Origin: a virus
Virus record (IMG/VR): IMGVR_UViG_3300030503_000566
Coordinates: 21,558-85,557 of that record
DNA: 64,000 nt
Strand: one strand, 5' to 3'
Of this stretch, positions 36,841 through 47,248 are shown piece after piece. Under the pieces are notes generated by a model that made no database searches, was not told the origin of the DNA, and was given only the letters and a program-made list of their open reading frames with translations. The translations under genes and the position numbers were made by a program. The first letter of the stretch is position 1, and the number at the start of each line of letters is the position of its first letter.

Positions 36841-39444
36841 ATGATCATTTTACATACTAAAGATACCGATATTCGGTATGCATATCTTAACCTATATCCA
36901 GACCAATTTGTCTCTGAGGAAGAGAAGAAGACTGATGACTGGATAAAGCCCACGTTAGATTATTTTGCAAATGTAGCATACGCTCAGTATAATAAGAATG
37001 TTATGACCTTTACCAGAAACTACAAACTGGTTAAAGGCATTATTGATAGAGGAGATTTTTTTGAGAATCCTGTTGAGGTTCAAAGCTTTACAGATACCTT
37101 AATGCAGAATGTTGACCTTCCCTCAAATATAGTCCATTATCCTATTCTCAATCCTCCCCTTAATACCCTTGTTGGTGAATTAGCCAAAAGGCCAGATAAT
37201 ACCTTTGTTAGAGCTTTTGATGATGAGAGTAAATCTGAAGAATTGGAAGCAAAGACAGATATGCTCATGCAGTTTATTATGCAGCAGGGTAAACAGGAGG
37301 TTTTAAGAAAGCTTGCATTGCAAGGTGAGAAAGTTCCAGATGAAAAGGATTTAGATCAAATGACTATGGATGAGGTTGAGGAGTATATGACTGATTACAC
37401 CTCCTTAGCTGAACAATGGTCTAATCATATATTAAAAGCCATGAAGATGGAGTTTAATATGAAGGAGAAATCTGAGGATGCCTTTAGAGACTTGTTAATT
37501 AGTGGAAGACAGTTCTATCATATATTTGAAGATAACTCTAAATTAGGATTTAATATCGAGGTAGCTAACGTAAAAAATGTATGGTTTTTAACAGTCCCCG
37601 ATAGGAAATATACCTCCGAACCTACCTCCAGAGAAGGTTGTTATGCAGGAGGAATTATAGAGGTAATGGAACTCTCCGAAATTATAGAGAAGTTTGATCT
37701 CACAAAAGAGGAGATTGATCATCTTAAAAATGGTGTTAAACAGTTCAACTTATTAAATGTCAGGGAGTCCAACTTAATCAATACTAGAAATGTAGGTATA
37801 AACTCAGTCACATATGATGTGTATGATCCTTTAGTATTACAGGAGAGACTAAAGGCTGAAAGCTTCCTCAAAGAAAATAATGACCAACTTAAAGACTTTC
37901 TAGGCCTCTCTAATAACGTAACGGCTTATGGTAATAAATATGCTGTAATGAGGGCTTACTGGATTTCTAAGAAAAAGATGGGGAAACTAACCTTTCTAGA
38001 TGAACAAGGGGTAGAGCAGGTGATCCAAGTAGATGAACATTATGTAGAGGGTTCCATACCTACAGAGATATCAATTGAGTGGGGATTTATCAATCAGTGG
38101 TATCAGGGAGTTAAGATAGGACCAGATATTTACCAACTAAAACCTTTTACCCTTCTAGATTATTGCCCCCTTATAGGTCTTGTACACGAGATCAAGAATA
38201 CAGAGTCTCGTGCCCTAGTGGATTTGATGAAGAATTATCAGACAATTTATAATGTCTGTATGAATCAAATCTTCCAGTTACTCTCTAAGGAGATAGGTAA
38301 CGTGTATCTTACCTCTATAAGGCAGGTTCCTACTCCTAAGGATGGAGATGGACAGGATGCATTAGAACTATTTGAGGAACAGGCTCGTAAAAATGGTATC
38401 CTTTATGTGGATGATAGTCCTGAGAATATGAAGGCCCCCTCCAATTTCAATCAGAATAGGAATGTAGATCTCACAAGAACTCAAGAAATAGAATCTCGCT
38501 TTAAGATAGCTACACAAATGAAACAGGAGTGCTGGCAGCTAGTGGGGGTCTCTGAGCAAAGAGTAGGTGAGGTAGCAGCTACCGAGACTGCAACAGGCAC
38601 ACAAGCTGCTCTCTCTCAATCATTTGCACAGACAGAGCCTTATTTTGCAGCCCACTCGTATGTTCTAAATATGCTTTATCAGGCTATCTTAGATGCTGCC
38701 CAATATGTAGAGAGTACTAAACCTCTCTCCACTATTAAGTATGTATCCTCTGAGGGTGAGAATGCTTTTATACAAGTTAATGGTAAGGATATTAAGAATA
38801 GGGATCTTAAAGTATTTGTTACTGATAGAGCAGATGATTTACGTAACTTACAGGATATCAGGGGTTTATCTCAAGAGATGTTACAAAATGGTGCCTCTGC
38901 TTATGAGATAATTAAATTCTATAACACCACCTCCATGAGGAAGATGGAACAGATTGCCAAAAAGCTTAAGGATCAAAATGATCAAATGCAGCAGCAGGCA
39001 ATGCAACAGAAACAGCAAGAGCTTGATCAGCAACAGAAACAACATGAGGCTGAACTTGAACAAGCTGCTCAACAGCATGAATCTGACCAAGAAAATCAAG
39101 ATAATCAAAACGATCTTGATAGGATTAATAAGAGAGAGATTGCTCTTATTACCGCCCTCGCAGGAAAGAATGATCCATTTGGTCCAACAACTCCAGAGGG
39201 AGAACCAGACATTCTTGCTTATACTAGCTTGCAAAATGACCAAGCTAAGGATGCACAAGATCATGATCTTGAGAATAGAAAGTTCCTACAACAGCAAAAA
39301 GAGCATAGTGATAAAATGGGAGTGGAATACAAGAAGATTCAGGCTGAGAAGGAGAGAACTAAAGCGGATTTAGCTAAAGGAAGAATGGAACTTAAGAAGG
39401 CTAAGATTGCAAAAGCTGCTCAAGCAAAGAAAACCAAGAAGTAA
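36841..39444 (+). CDS. portal protein
   Basis: Follows TerL; HYPI..P.LNTLVGE, LVDLMK.YQ.IYN, GVSEQRVG..ETATG; Q-rich C-terminal coil typical of crAss-like portals. Confidence 0.88.
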   Translation: MIILHTKDTDIRYAYLNLYPDQFVSEEEKKTDDWIKPTLDYFANVAYAQYNKNVMTFTRNYKLVKGIIDRGDFFENPVEVQSFTDTLMQNVDLPSNIVHYPILNPPLNTLVGELAKRPDNTFVRAFDDESKSEELEAKTDMLMQFIMQQGKQEVLRKLALQGEKVPDEKDLDQMTMDEVEEYMTDYTSLAEQWSNHILKAMKMEFNMKEKSEDAFRDLLISGRQFYHIFEDNSKLGFNIEVANVKNVWFLTVPDRKYTSEPTSREGCYAGGIIEVMELSEIIEKFDLTKEEIDHLKNGVKQFNLLNVRESNLINTRNVGINSVTYDVYDPLVLQERLKAESFLKENNDQLKDFLGLSNNVTAYGNKYAVMRAYWISKKKMGKLTFLDEQGVEQVIQVDEHYVEGSIPTEISIEWGFINQWYQGVKIGPDIYQLKPFTLLDYCPLIGLVHEIKNTESRALVDLMKNYQTIYNVCMNQIFQLLSKEIGNVYLTSIRQVPTPKDGDGQDALELFEEQARKNGILYVDDSPENMKAPSNFNQNRNVDLTRTQEIESRFKIATQMKQECWQLVGVSEQRVGEVAATETATGTQAALSQSFAQTEPYFAAHSYVLNMLYQAILDAAQYVESTKPLSTIKYVSSEGENAFIQVNGKDIKNRDLKVFVTDRADDLRNLQDIRGLSQEMLQNGASAYEIIKFYNTTSMRKMEQIAKKLKDQNDQMQQQAMQQKQQELDQQQKQHEAELEQAAQQHESDQENQDNQNDLDRINKREIALITALAGKNDPFGPTTPEGEPDILAYTSLQNDQAKDAQDHDLENRKFLQQQKEHSDKMGVEYKKIQAEKERTKADLAKGRMELKKAKIAKAAQAKKTKK

Positions 39445-39447
39445 TAT

Positions 39448-39636
39448 ATGGCAAAACAATCATATAAGTACGAATTAGGCCAATTGGTATACCTCGTGCA
39501 TGACCCAGATCAATATCTGAGAATGATTACAACAATACATCTGAACCTGACAGGAGTTAATTATCAAGTATCATGCGGAGCAGAAGTACTTGATGTTTAT
39601 GAAGAAGAGATAGCACTAGATAAAAAAGTATTCTAA
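39448..39636 (+). CDS. small hypothetical protein
   Basis: YELGQLVYL..DP.Q..R.IT pattern. Confidence 0.65.
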   Translation: MAKQSYKYELGQLVYLVHDPDQYLRMITTIHLNLTGVNYQVSCGAEVLDVYEEEIALDKKVF

Positions 39637-39662
39637 TTGACTTAGTTAAGGAGAATTTTTGA

Positions 39663-39679
39663 TTAATGCCATATAGAGC
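39663..39679. promoter_or_regulatory. 17-bp motif TTAATGCCATATAGAGC upstream of scaffold and capsid genes
   Basis: Exact match to 27155-27171. Confidence 0.7.
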
Positions 39680-39773
39680 GATAAAAATCAAGCTTTTACC
39701 TATTTTTCCTTTGCTAGTATCAATAGTAACCTTAATTTTACATCCATAAACCACTCATAAATAACTACATTAT

Positions 39774-41012
39774 ATGCCTGCTGAAGCTAAAGAGAAACTT
39801 AGCCTTGATTTTGGTATTGAGGACACGGTGGATGCTGGGGATAAGGAAGTGCTAAATTCATTTTTCGGTACCTCTTCCTCTGCCAATCCAGACGATGTTA
39901 TTAGTAATGATACTGATTCATCCACTACAGATAAGACTACAACCAAAACTCCTGCTAAACCTGATCCTAATAAGAAACCAGACTCGAAGAAGCCTGAAGA
40001 AAAGAAGGATGAGAATACAATAGAGGTTGATCTTGAGGAAGAAGTTCTTGGTGGTGACACTGAGGGTGATGATAAAAAGGTTAAACCTGATGAGGCAAAT
40101 ACCAACACTAATAACCAACAGGAAGATGCTAAGAGCACAATGGCTGCTTTAGCAGAAGAATTCGTTGGTATGGGAATTTTTGCACTTGACGAAGGTGAAA
40201 CTATTGATCCTACCTTAGCTCCAGAAGAATTCTTAAAGTTATATGACAGGAATCAGAAGAGGCAAATCAATGATACTATTGAGAATTTCCTCGAAAAGTT
40301 TGGGGAAGATTACAAAGAGATGTTTGATGCAGTCTTTGTGAATGGTGTTGACCCAAGAGCCTATCTACAGACATTTACCAAATTACAGGATATTGCTTCT
40401 CTTGATATGACCCAAGAGGCCTCACAGGAGAAAGTCTTCAAGGAGTATTGGAGAAGACAAGGATTTCCTGAAGATAAGATTGAGGCAAGATTAGCCAAAA
40501 CTAAAGTTAATGGAGATCTAGAAGATGATTCTACCGAGTTTCACAAAGCCCTTGTTGAGCAAGACTCTAAAGATCTTGAGGTAAAGGCTGAGGATGCAAA
40601 AAGGAAGAATGTAGAAGAGAGAAGAGTTAAGCAGGAATTTGCACAGAACATTAATAAAATTTTGGTTGAGAAGGCAAGGGATAAAGATTTCGAAGGAATC
40701 CCTGTTACTGATCAAATTGCAAAAAGCGCTTTTGAGTTCCTCACACAGGAAAAATACAAACTGCCTACTGGCGAACCTCTTACAGAGTTTGACAAGGCAA
40801 TCCTAGAACTCAGAAGACCTCAGAACCATTCACTTAAAGTGAAATTAGCTCTCTTGCTAATGAATGGTCTGGACCTTACTAAGGTTAAAGTAAAAGAACA
40901 AAATACTACTACTTCCAAGGCCTTCGATTGGGCTACTAAAGGTAGGGGTATTACAAATACCACCAAGAGTGGAAAACAGGCTCAGGTTAAAGAAACCGAA
41001 CCCTTTATATAA
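39774..41012 (+). CDS. acidic scaffold-like capsid assembly protein
   Basis: Acidic low-complexity N-terminus, helical remainder; lies between portal and capsid. Confidence 0.7.
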   Translation: MPAEAKEKLSLDFGIEDTVDAGDKEVLNSFFGTSSSANPDDVISNDTDSSTTDKTTTKTPAKPDPNKKPDSKKPEEKKDENTIEVDLEEEVLGGDTEGDDKKVKPDEANTNTNNQQEDAKSTMAALAEEFVGMGIFALDEGETIDPTLAPEEFLKLYDRNQKRQINDTIENFLEKFGEDYKEMFDAVFVNGVDPRAYLQTFTKLQDIASLDMTQEASQEKVFKEYWRRQGFPEDKIEARLAKTKVNGDLEDDSTEFHKALVEQDSKDLEVKAEDAKRKNVEERRVKQEFAQNINKILVEKARDKDFEGIPVTDQIAKSAFEFLTQEKYKLPTGEPLTEFDKAILELRRPQNHSLKVKLALLLMNGLDLTKVKVKEQNTTTSKAFDWATKGRGITNTTKSGKQAQVKETEPFI

Positions 41013-41037
41013 AAGCAAATCTAAATAGATAAGTACA

Positions 41038-42588
41038 ATGGCTTTACAAACAATTCCCGGGTTTACTGGGTACGCTGCCGCTAGAGTTTCTTCTCTTGAT
41101 AAAAGAGCAGTAGGTAAACTGACAGATACCAATCACTTGGAATCCTTACACCAGATTGAACCTGCTCATTATGACAAGAAGATAATCTCCCTGTATACAC
41201 AGACTTCTTTGTATAGCAACGACTTCTTGGAGATGATTAATCAATCCACTCCATATTACATTGAGAGTAATTCGGATAGCTGGCAGTGGGATATTCAGGT
41301 TCCATACAAGTTTCCTAAGATCATCCAAGTTCCTGATGCAACTAACTCGTTAACCAGACCGGGTATTGATGGGCAGGACTTTCAGTTGGTACTTGATACC
41401 AATGAATTTGTCTTGAATGATGTGGTCACCCCCCATAAGATGTATTGTGATACTCCCTTAGTAGTTGCAAAAGATCCACTTCCTTATGCTGATGGATTCC
41501 TTTATGATTTTACTATCCTTAGTGAGAATCCCCTGACTACTTTTATTCAATCCAACTTTATTCAGCCGGGTGTTGAATTACAACAGATTGATAACAGTAC
41601 TGGTGAATTTGATCAGGATCTCTCTGGTCTACCTAGATTGGGAGAAAGAATTACATTGTATGAAACATTGGGTTCTGGTTACTCTGTTGAGCACTCCATA
41701 ACTGGTTGGGCTGATGACAGAATGCTGAGAGATGGAGATGGTAAACCACTGGATATCACCATCTTTGCTAAACTACGTAGAAATGAAATTGGTACTAATG
41801 ACCTCCAAGGGGTTAGATGGGAACCTTATGTAGAGACAATGATGAGGAAGAAGATGCTGGATCTGAAGGTTAATAGAATGGTATGGGGTAAACCCGGTAC
41901 TACTAAGACCAGAGGTTCTCGTCAGGAACTCAAGAAAGTCTCTGGTGGCATATACTACAAGATGAGAAATAACGGGAATAGAGTTACCTATAATAGAGGT
42001 GAGTTCTCGCTAGAGCTTTTGAGAGATGTATTTGGTGATTTATTCTATCGTAGGGTTGATATTAAAGATAGAAGGGTTAAGATCTACACTAATGAAGCAG
42101 GGTTTGATCTTTTTAATCAGGCTAACAAGCAGGATTTGCTGAACTCTGGTTTGACTATTATCGCTGATGACAGGTTCATCGAAGGTAAAGGTCAGCATAT
42201 GACCATCAGTTATGGTTTTGATGCAATGGTTACTCGTGAAACTGGTAGGATTGATTTAGTTCACCTTAGAGAACTTGATCTTCCACAGACTAACTTGGAA
42301 TTTGGTCAGAACAAAAAGTCCACTCCTCTATTCATGGTATTTGATGTATCTACCACTGGGGATGGTACTCTAAAGAATAATATTAGAGAAGTAAGATTGA
42401 AGGGTAGACCTTCAATGACTTGGGGTTATATAGATGGTAGAAGACACCACCTTGGTTTTGCCAAGTCTCAGGGCCACTCTGCTGCTAACAAGTTTGATGG
42501 CTATACAATATTTATGGATGATAGATGTGATGTATTTATTGAAGATCTCTCTAGAACAGTGATCATCGAAGAAGTTCCGCAATTCTAA
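41038..42588 (+). CDS. major capsid protein
   Basis: 516 aa, crAss-like gene order, KLTD.NHL start, strong codon bias. Confidence 0.88.
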   Translation: MALQTIPGFTGYAAARVSSLDKRAVGKLTDTNHLESLHQIEPAHYDKKIISLYTQTSLYSNDFLEMINQSTPYYIESNSDSWQWDIQVPYKFPKIIQVPDATNSLTRPGIDGQDFQLVLDTNEFVLNDVVTPHKMYCDTPLVVAKDPLPYADGFLYDFTILSENPLTTFIQSNFIQPGVELQQIDNSTGEFDQDLSGLPRLGERITLYETLGSGYSVEHSITGWADDRMLRDGDGKPLDITIFAKLRRNEIGTNDLQGVRWEPYVETMMRKKMLDLKVNRMVWGKPGTTKTRGSRQELKKVSGGIYYKMRNNGNRVTYNRGEFSLELLRDVFGDLFYRRVDIKDRRVKIYTNEAGFDLFNQANKQDLLNSGLTIIADDRFIEGKGQHMTISYGFDAMVTRETGRIDLVHLRELDLPQTNLEFGQNKKSTPLFMVFDVSTTGDGTLKNNIREVRLKGRPSMTWGYIDGRRHHLGFAKSQGHSAANKFDGYTIFMDDRCDVFIEDLSRTVIIEEVPQF

Positions 42589-42596
42589 ACTCCTTA

Positions 42597-42791
42597 TGGT
42601 TCTGGGTTATCCTTCAAAACCCTGAAACTAATTCCCACCGGGGGAGAGAAATCACTGGTTCAAGGACTTTCCCCCACAATCTCTTTACTCAGCTTTATGG
42701 CTGTGGTTCGAAACTAAGTAAAGAACATAAACAAGACAGGATAAGCATCTGGGCAGCCGCAAGGCAGGATATCTTAACTAGGCAGTCTTGT
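42597..42791 (+). ncRNA. candidate structured RNA in the capsid 3' region
   Basis: Four consecutive stem modules, including a three-way junction with GGTTCGAAAC and a GCC-GCAA-GGC tetraloop. Confidence 0.5.
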
Positions 42792-42819
42792 AAAAAACCA
42801 CAAATAAACAACTACAGTT

Positions 42820-43785
42820 ATGGCTAAGATGGGCAAGATTTCCAGCATTAAGAAAGCATACCCAAAAGGTATTAGCAGTCTTGAAGCTTCTCTCTCTGAT
42901 AAAGGATATGACAGGTTTCCCGGTACTTATAGCATGATGCTCCCTTTTAGGGAAATGTCTGGTAAGTATAGAACAGGGCTTGATGTTGATGCAGGATATC
43001 TTAATAAGCTCTCCCCTGAAAACAAAGTGTTAAAGGTGAAAGAAATTATTGAGACCAAGAAGAGATTGGAGGAAGCCACAGGATTGGATTTGGGTCCCCG
43101 TTCCTCTTATTATAATCTTGCTGCTAAAGGAAAGGATGGAGAACCTATCACAAAAGTTAGCGCCGTGAAGCTCTATCAAGGTGATAATTTATACACCTTT
43201 AATGATCCAATTCAAGAAATTACGTTTATCTGGCTCTCTGTCCATCCACAAATTGCTTCCTCCTACAAAGCATATGAGAGAGGAGAATACACTTCTCAGA
43301 CTCAGTTTTATGTAAATAGCGAGGATATTGAACAGGAACAGATCTTTAGTAAGAAAGTCCTTCAAAATAAGGCTATTGCTGAACTGGAGGATATGACTCC
43401 CGAAAAGAAGAAAAAGATTGCCAGATTACTCGGTTTGCCAGTATCTGATAATACTAAGGAAAGTCAGGTCTATAATCTACTCGATTCTTGGATTAAGCAG
43501 GGGGATATCAGAGCAGGAGACTTTAAGGGTCAAAACCCAATCACTCTTTTCAATAAGTTAGTAGGTTTAGATAATAAGCTTCTCGAAGTTAAGAACTTGG
43601 TAGAGCAAGCCATAACCAACTCCATCTATAGGGTCCATAAAGCAGGTCGTATATATGAGGGTAATGTAGAACTGTTCAAATCTAAAGATGAGCTAATTGA
43701 GTATTTATACTCGGAAAAAGGACAAGAAGATTTCTTAGCTCTCACAGACAAACTTGAAGCCAAAAAATCTATGACAGTTCAATAA
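42820..43785 (+). CDS. conserved crAss-like capsid-module protein
   Basis: Position after the capsid gene; GKYRTGLD motif. Confidence 0.7.
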   Translation: MAKMGKISSIKKAYPKGISSLEASLSDKGYDRFPGTYSMMLPFREMSGKYRTGLDVDAGYLNKLSPENKVLKVKEIIETKKRLEEATGLDLGPRSSYYNLAAKGKDGEPITKVSAVKLYQGDNLYTFNDPIQEITFIWLSVHPQIASSYKAYERGEYTSQTQFYVNSEDIEQEQIFSKKVLQNKAIAELEDMTPEKKKKIARLLGLPVSDNTKESQVYNLLDSWIKQGDIRAGDFKGQNPITLFNKLVGLDNKLLEVKNLVEQAITNSIYRVHKAGRIYEGNVELFKSKDELIEYLYSEKGQEDFLALTDKLEAKKSMTVQ

Positions 43786-43791
43786 GGTATT

Positions 43792-44520
43792 ATGATTAGT
43801 GTATACAGTTTGCTTTACAAAATTGATTTAAGGCTTAATAAACTGGCTACAAATGATCATCAAGCGATACCAGTTGAAAATAAGATTGTTTCGCTTAATT
43901 CAGCACAGGATAAGCTTATTAAGCTCAGGCTTGATGAGAACAATATATACCATCAAGGCTTAGATGCCTTTAAAAAGAGATATGAGGATCTACAACATTT
44001 GATAGAACCCTTTCATCTCCACCCTCTTTCCCTAGAACTTGTTGATCCCCAACTAAATAAGTGGTCTGCTCAGTTAAGCAACCTGATCCCCTTATATATG
44101 TTCTACATAGATTCCTATGTATTAGCTAATAAGGGAGTTTGTCGGGATCATACTATATATGTTAATAGAGATTTGACAAAACATGCAGATATAACAGTCT
44201 TGCTTGCAAATAATAATGTCAATCCCTCTTTTGAGTATCAAGAGACATTTTGTACTATCTCCTCTGACGCTTATGAGGCATATACTGATGGTAGTTTTAA
44301 CTTTACTAATGCTTACATCTCATATCTTAGATATCCAGTTAGAATAGATGCTCCGGGATATATACATGGCGATGGAGTTACCTCTACAGAGGTTGATTGT
44401 GAATTAGCAGCCTATTTAGAAGATGATATTGTAGATCTTGCTATTCAAGATCTTGCTATGAGTACTGAGAATATGGCTGCCTCACAGGCTTCGCAACAAA
44501 GAACACAGACAAATGAATAG
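43792..44520 (+). CDS. head-tail adaptor/ring protein
   Basis: LN.AQ...I, YLRYP, CEL...L..DIVDLA pattern of ring/adaptor proteins. Confidence 0.65.
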   Translation: MISVYSLLYKIDLRLNKLATNDHQAIPVENKIVSLNSAQDKLIKLRLDENNIYHQGLDAFKKRYEDLQHLIEPFHLHPLSLELVDPQLNKWSAQLSNLIPLYMFYIDSYVLANKGVCRDHTIYVNRDLTKHADITVLLANNNVNPSFEYQETFCTISSDAYEAYTDGSFNFTNAYISYLRYPVRIDAPGYIHGDGVTSTEVDCELAAYLEDDIVDLAIQDLAMSTENMAASQASQQRTQTNE

Positions 44521-44578
44521 TATAGTATAGTACTAAAAGTACTAGCTAATAACTAACAAACTTAAAATTTGAATAAAA

Positions 44579-45706
44579 ATGGATTTTTCACTCACAACCC
44601 TCTTCGTTGTTCCTCAGAGCAACTCACTGCCTACAACTGGAGATACTTCGGCTTTAGCTGCTAGTCAGTTTGGGGTGTTTCTTAATACCTATCAGGCGGC
44701 TACTACTGGGAATATTGCTGCTGCACCTTATATTTATCTAGCTCAGGGAAGACCAATTCCCTTACCGGGGGTTGGCACTAAAAGATCTGATAAGATCAAT
44801 GTGGGTCAAGTTGTTGAGTGGTACTTAAATCCTGCTGTAACTACTTATAGCCCCGAGATCTACAACATTAACACATTTACTGTTACTTGTGGTCAGACTA
44901 TCACATTTACCTTTGTCCTTCACTCTAGTTATATTGATACAGCATTCTTCAATGGTTTGACAAAAAGTTATACTGTAACTGCACCTTGTTGCAATTGTGG
45001 TGTTACTCCTTGTACTGATATTGATGTAACAGCTACTTTAGGACAATTGCTTGCAGCTATTGCAGCAGATACTTCAGCAGAAGCTTATTACCTTGGTCAT
45101 TACTTGACTTTTCAGATTGTTGGTACTGGTACTAATATCTCCATTCAGGTTACTACTAACCCGCTGGACATTTATGGACAGCCTTGTGATATTGCTGCTT
45201 ACCCCTACGAGTATGATAGAATCTGGCTTAGAATTTTCGTTCTGCCTGCTCCTGCCACTACTCAGGATTATGAAACATATCCTAACAATTGTAATCAGGT
45301 AGCTAATGTTACATTACTTCAGAGATCTACTTACCCCTCTGGTGGTTCTCCTGAAATTGCACAGCTTGAAAAGAACTTCTATAGCTATCAAGCTCTCCAT
45401 AAACATCTGTTTAGATGGGTAATTTTTAATGAGGCTTTCCAATCTGAGGTAGTTTCTGGGATTTATTATGATCAGTACACAATTAAGTGTAAGGAATACC
45501 CCGGAAATCAGTCTTGGAATATGGGAATGTCTGAGGATTTCACTTGTATTATAGCTGTTCCCTCAGGATCAGGTGGTTCTCTTACAACCCTTTTGACAGA
45601 TTACCTTGGAACGCCAACTAGTTATACAGTTACAGTTCCTACGACTACAAGTACTACAAGTACTACTTCGACAAGTACTACTTCTACCTCAACTCTGGAA
45701 CCATAA
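44579..45706 (+). CDS. virion structural (auxiliary capsid-like) protein with Thr/Ser tail
   Basis: Beta-rich, PCCNCG..PC; ends PTTTSTTSTTSTSTTSTSTLEP; followed by a terminator. Confidence 0.7.
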   Translation: MDFSLTTLFVVPQSNSLPTTGDTSALAASQFGVFLNTYQAATTGNIAAAPYIYLAQGRPIPLPGVGTKRSDKINVGQVVEWYLNPAVTTYSPEIYNINTFTVTCGQTITFTFVLHSSYIDTAFFNGLTKSYTVTAPCCNCGVTPCTDIDVTATLGQLLAAIAADTSAEAYYLGHYLTFQIVGTGTNISIQVTTNPLDIYGQPCDIAAYPYEYDRIWLRIFVLPAPATTQDYETYPNNCNQVANVTLLQRSTYPSGGSPEIAQLEKNFYSYQALHKHLFRWVIFNEAFQSEVVSGIYYDQYTIKCKEYPGNQSWNMGMSEDFTCIIAVPSGSGGSLTTLLTDYLGTPTSYTVTVPTTTSTTSTTSTSTTSTSTLEP

Positions 45707-45731
45707 TATTAAGATAACCCTTTAAAGATAT

Positions 45732-45773
45732 AAAAGGTGAAAGGAGTGTTCCAACTATCCTTTCACCTTTTTT
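45732..45773 (+). terminator. intrinsic terminator
   Basis: AAAAGGTGAAAGGA...TCCTTTCACCTTTTTT. Confidence 0.8.
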
Positions 45774-45782
45774 AGTTATAAT

Positions 45783-46253
45783 ATGCAACCATCAGTAAAT
45801 TTCTTTCCTTTTTTGGCAGGTTGGGAGGGCGAAGAACTTTGCCCTTATAAGGATCAAGCTGGGATTCCTACTATAGGTATAGGAAGTACCTTCTACCCTA
45901 ATGGGACTAAGGTTACAATGGCAGATCCTTGTATAACCAAGGAACAGGCTGTAGAAATTTGCCAAGTTAATCTGAAGAGTTTTATTGATGAGGTAAATGA
46001 GTATGTTAAAGTCCCAATAAATCAGAATCAATTTGATGCAGTTTTAGATTTTACCTATAATGAGGGAGATGGGGCCTTAGCAGAATCCACTCTCCTAAAA
46101 AGGATAAATGCTAATCCTAGTGACCCAACAATAAGAGATGCATTCATGATGTGGGTAAAGGTTAAAGAAAATGGAGTTTTAGTTACAGATAGTTGGCAGG
46201 TCAAAAGAAGAACTGGTGACGCTAATCTGTACTTCACACCTATAGTAGAATAA
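45783..46253 (+). CDS. GH24 phage lysozyme (endolysin)
   Basis: WEG....Y.D..G.PTIGIG, NQNQFDA..F.YN.G...STLLKR.N, RR..A.LY. Confidence 0.92.
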   Translation: MQPSVNFFPFLAGWEGEELCPYKDQAGIPTIGIGSTFYPNGTKVTMADPCITKEQAVEICQVNLKSFIDEVNEYVKVPINQNQFDAVLDFTYNEGDGALAESTLLKRINANPSDPTIRDAFMMWVKVKENGVLVTDSWQVKRRTGDANLYFTPIVE

Positions 46254-46255
46254 TA

Positions 46256-46825
46256 ATGGCAGTTACTTCACCTATATTAGGTATCTTAGTATTGGATACT
46301 CATAACTTGAGTACACTAGCAATTGCGGATAATTCACAGTATCCTAGTGGATATTCAATTATTAGCCCCTCATTATCTATCATACCCCCCTCTTTTCCTG
46401 TAATTACTGTTCCTTTTACTGCTGGTTCTCTTAACTTACTTAGTAGTAATACTGTAGGTATAACATGTAATGATCCTAGTTGTGAAAGTTGTGAATTACC
46501 AGATGGATACTGGGACTTCAAATATACAATTTCACCTGCTCAAACATACTTTGCTGAGATTGGATTCATGAGAACTGCCATGCTTGGCAAGAAATTAGAT
46601 GAGGCCTTCTTAGCCTTAGATCTTGATAGGTGTGACCAAACTATCAAGGATCAAGATATGAGAGAATTAGATGAGATAAATTATTATATCCAAACCTCCA
46701 TAGCTGCCGGAAATAGATGTAACCCTAAACTTGCTATTGATCTTTACAATATAGCTGAGAGAATGGTAGATAGGTTTTTAAATCGTAGATGTTATGGGAG
46801 AAATAGATCAAATACTTGGAGTTAA
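46256..46825 (+). CDS. structural protein
   Basis: LPDGYW.F.Y, AAGN.C..A..LY..A; structural module context. Confidence 0.65.
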   Translation: MAVTSPILGILVLDTHNLSTLAIADNSQYPSGYSIISPSLSIIPPSFPVITVPFTAGSLNLLSSNTVGITCNDPSCESCELPDGYWDFKYTISPAQTYFAEIGFMRTAMLGKKLDEAFLALDLDRCDQTIKDQDMRELDEINYYIQTSIAAGNRCNPKLAIDLYNIAERMVDRFLNRRCYGRNRSNTWS

Positions 46826-46836
46826 AATGAAATAAG

Positions 46837-46989
46837 ATGGCAGCTATTTGCCCCGGTTGTGGGATTAATGTAGGATGTGGATGTAATTTAATTCGTGGGT
46901 ATTGCGTAACCTGTAATAATAGGCTAGCTTTAGGGTTACCCTTTATTAGAGTAAATAAATCTTTCTATCGTGTTAAGTTTTTTGACTAG
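46837..46989 (+). CDS. 50-aa Cys-rich microprotein
   Basis: MAAICPGCGINVGCGCNLIRGYCVTC...; below the ORF-track cutoff. Confidence 0.65.
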   Translation: MAAICPGCGINVGCGCNLIRGYCVTCNNRLALGLPFIRVNKSFYRVKFFD

Positions 46990-47248
46990 ACAAGCCTGTG
47001 ATGATTGCTTTTCAGCTTCTTTTCTGTTGAAATCTATTAACGTAGCATTAGAGAGTTATGGGTTAAGGATATGGAGAAATAGAGTTTTTGTACTTGGGAG
47101 ACCCGTAGAAGATGTTAGATTAAAAAAGATCCTATATTACAAAGGTATACTTGAAAACCTTTTATTTAATCCCTTTTACTACGGCCCAAAGTATTCATAC
47201 CAAGATATTGACTCAAGAATAAAAGCACTTATAAATGGCCTGCATTAA
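46970..47248 (+). CDS. hypothetical protein
   Basis: 92 aa coupled ORF. Confidence 0.6.
   Translation: MLSFLTRQACDDCFSASFLLKSINVALESYGLRIWRNRVFVLGRPVEDVRLKKILYYKGILENLLFNPFYYGPKYSYQDIDSRIKALINGLH

Noticed and set aside
5949-42588. Introns or inteins in polB, terL, portal or capsid genes
   Set aside because: The ORFs are continuous, of expected size, and lack intein terminal or LAGLIDADG motifs
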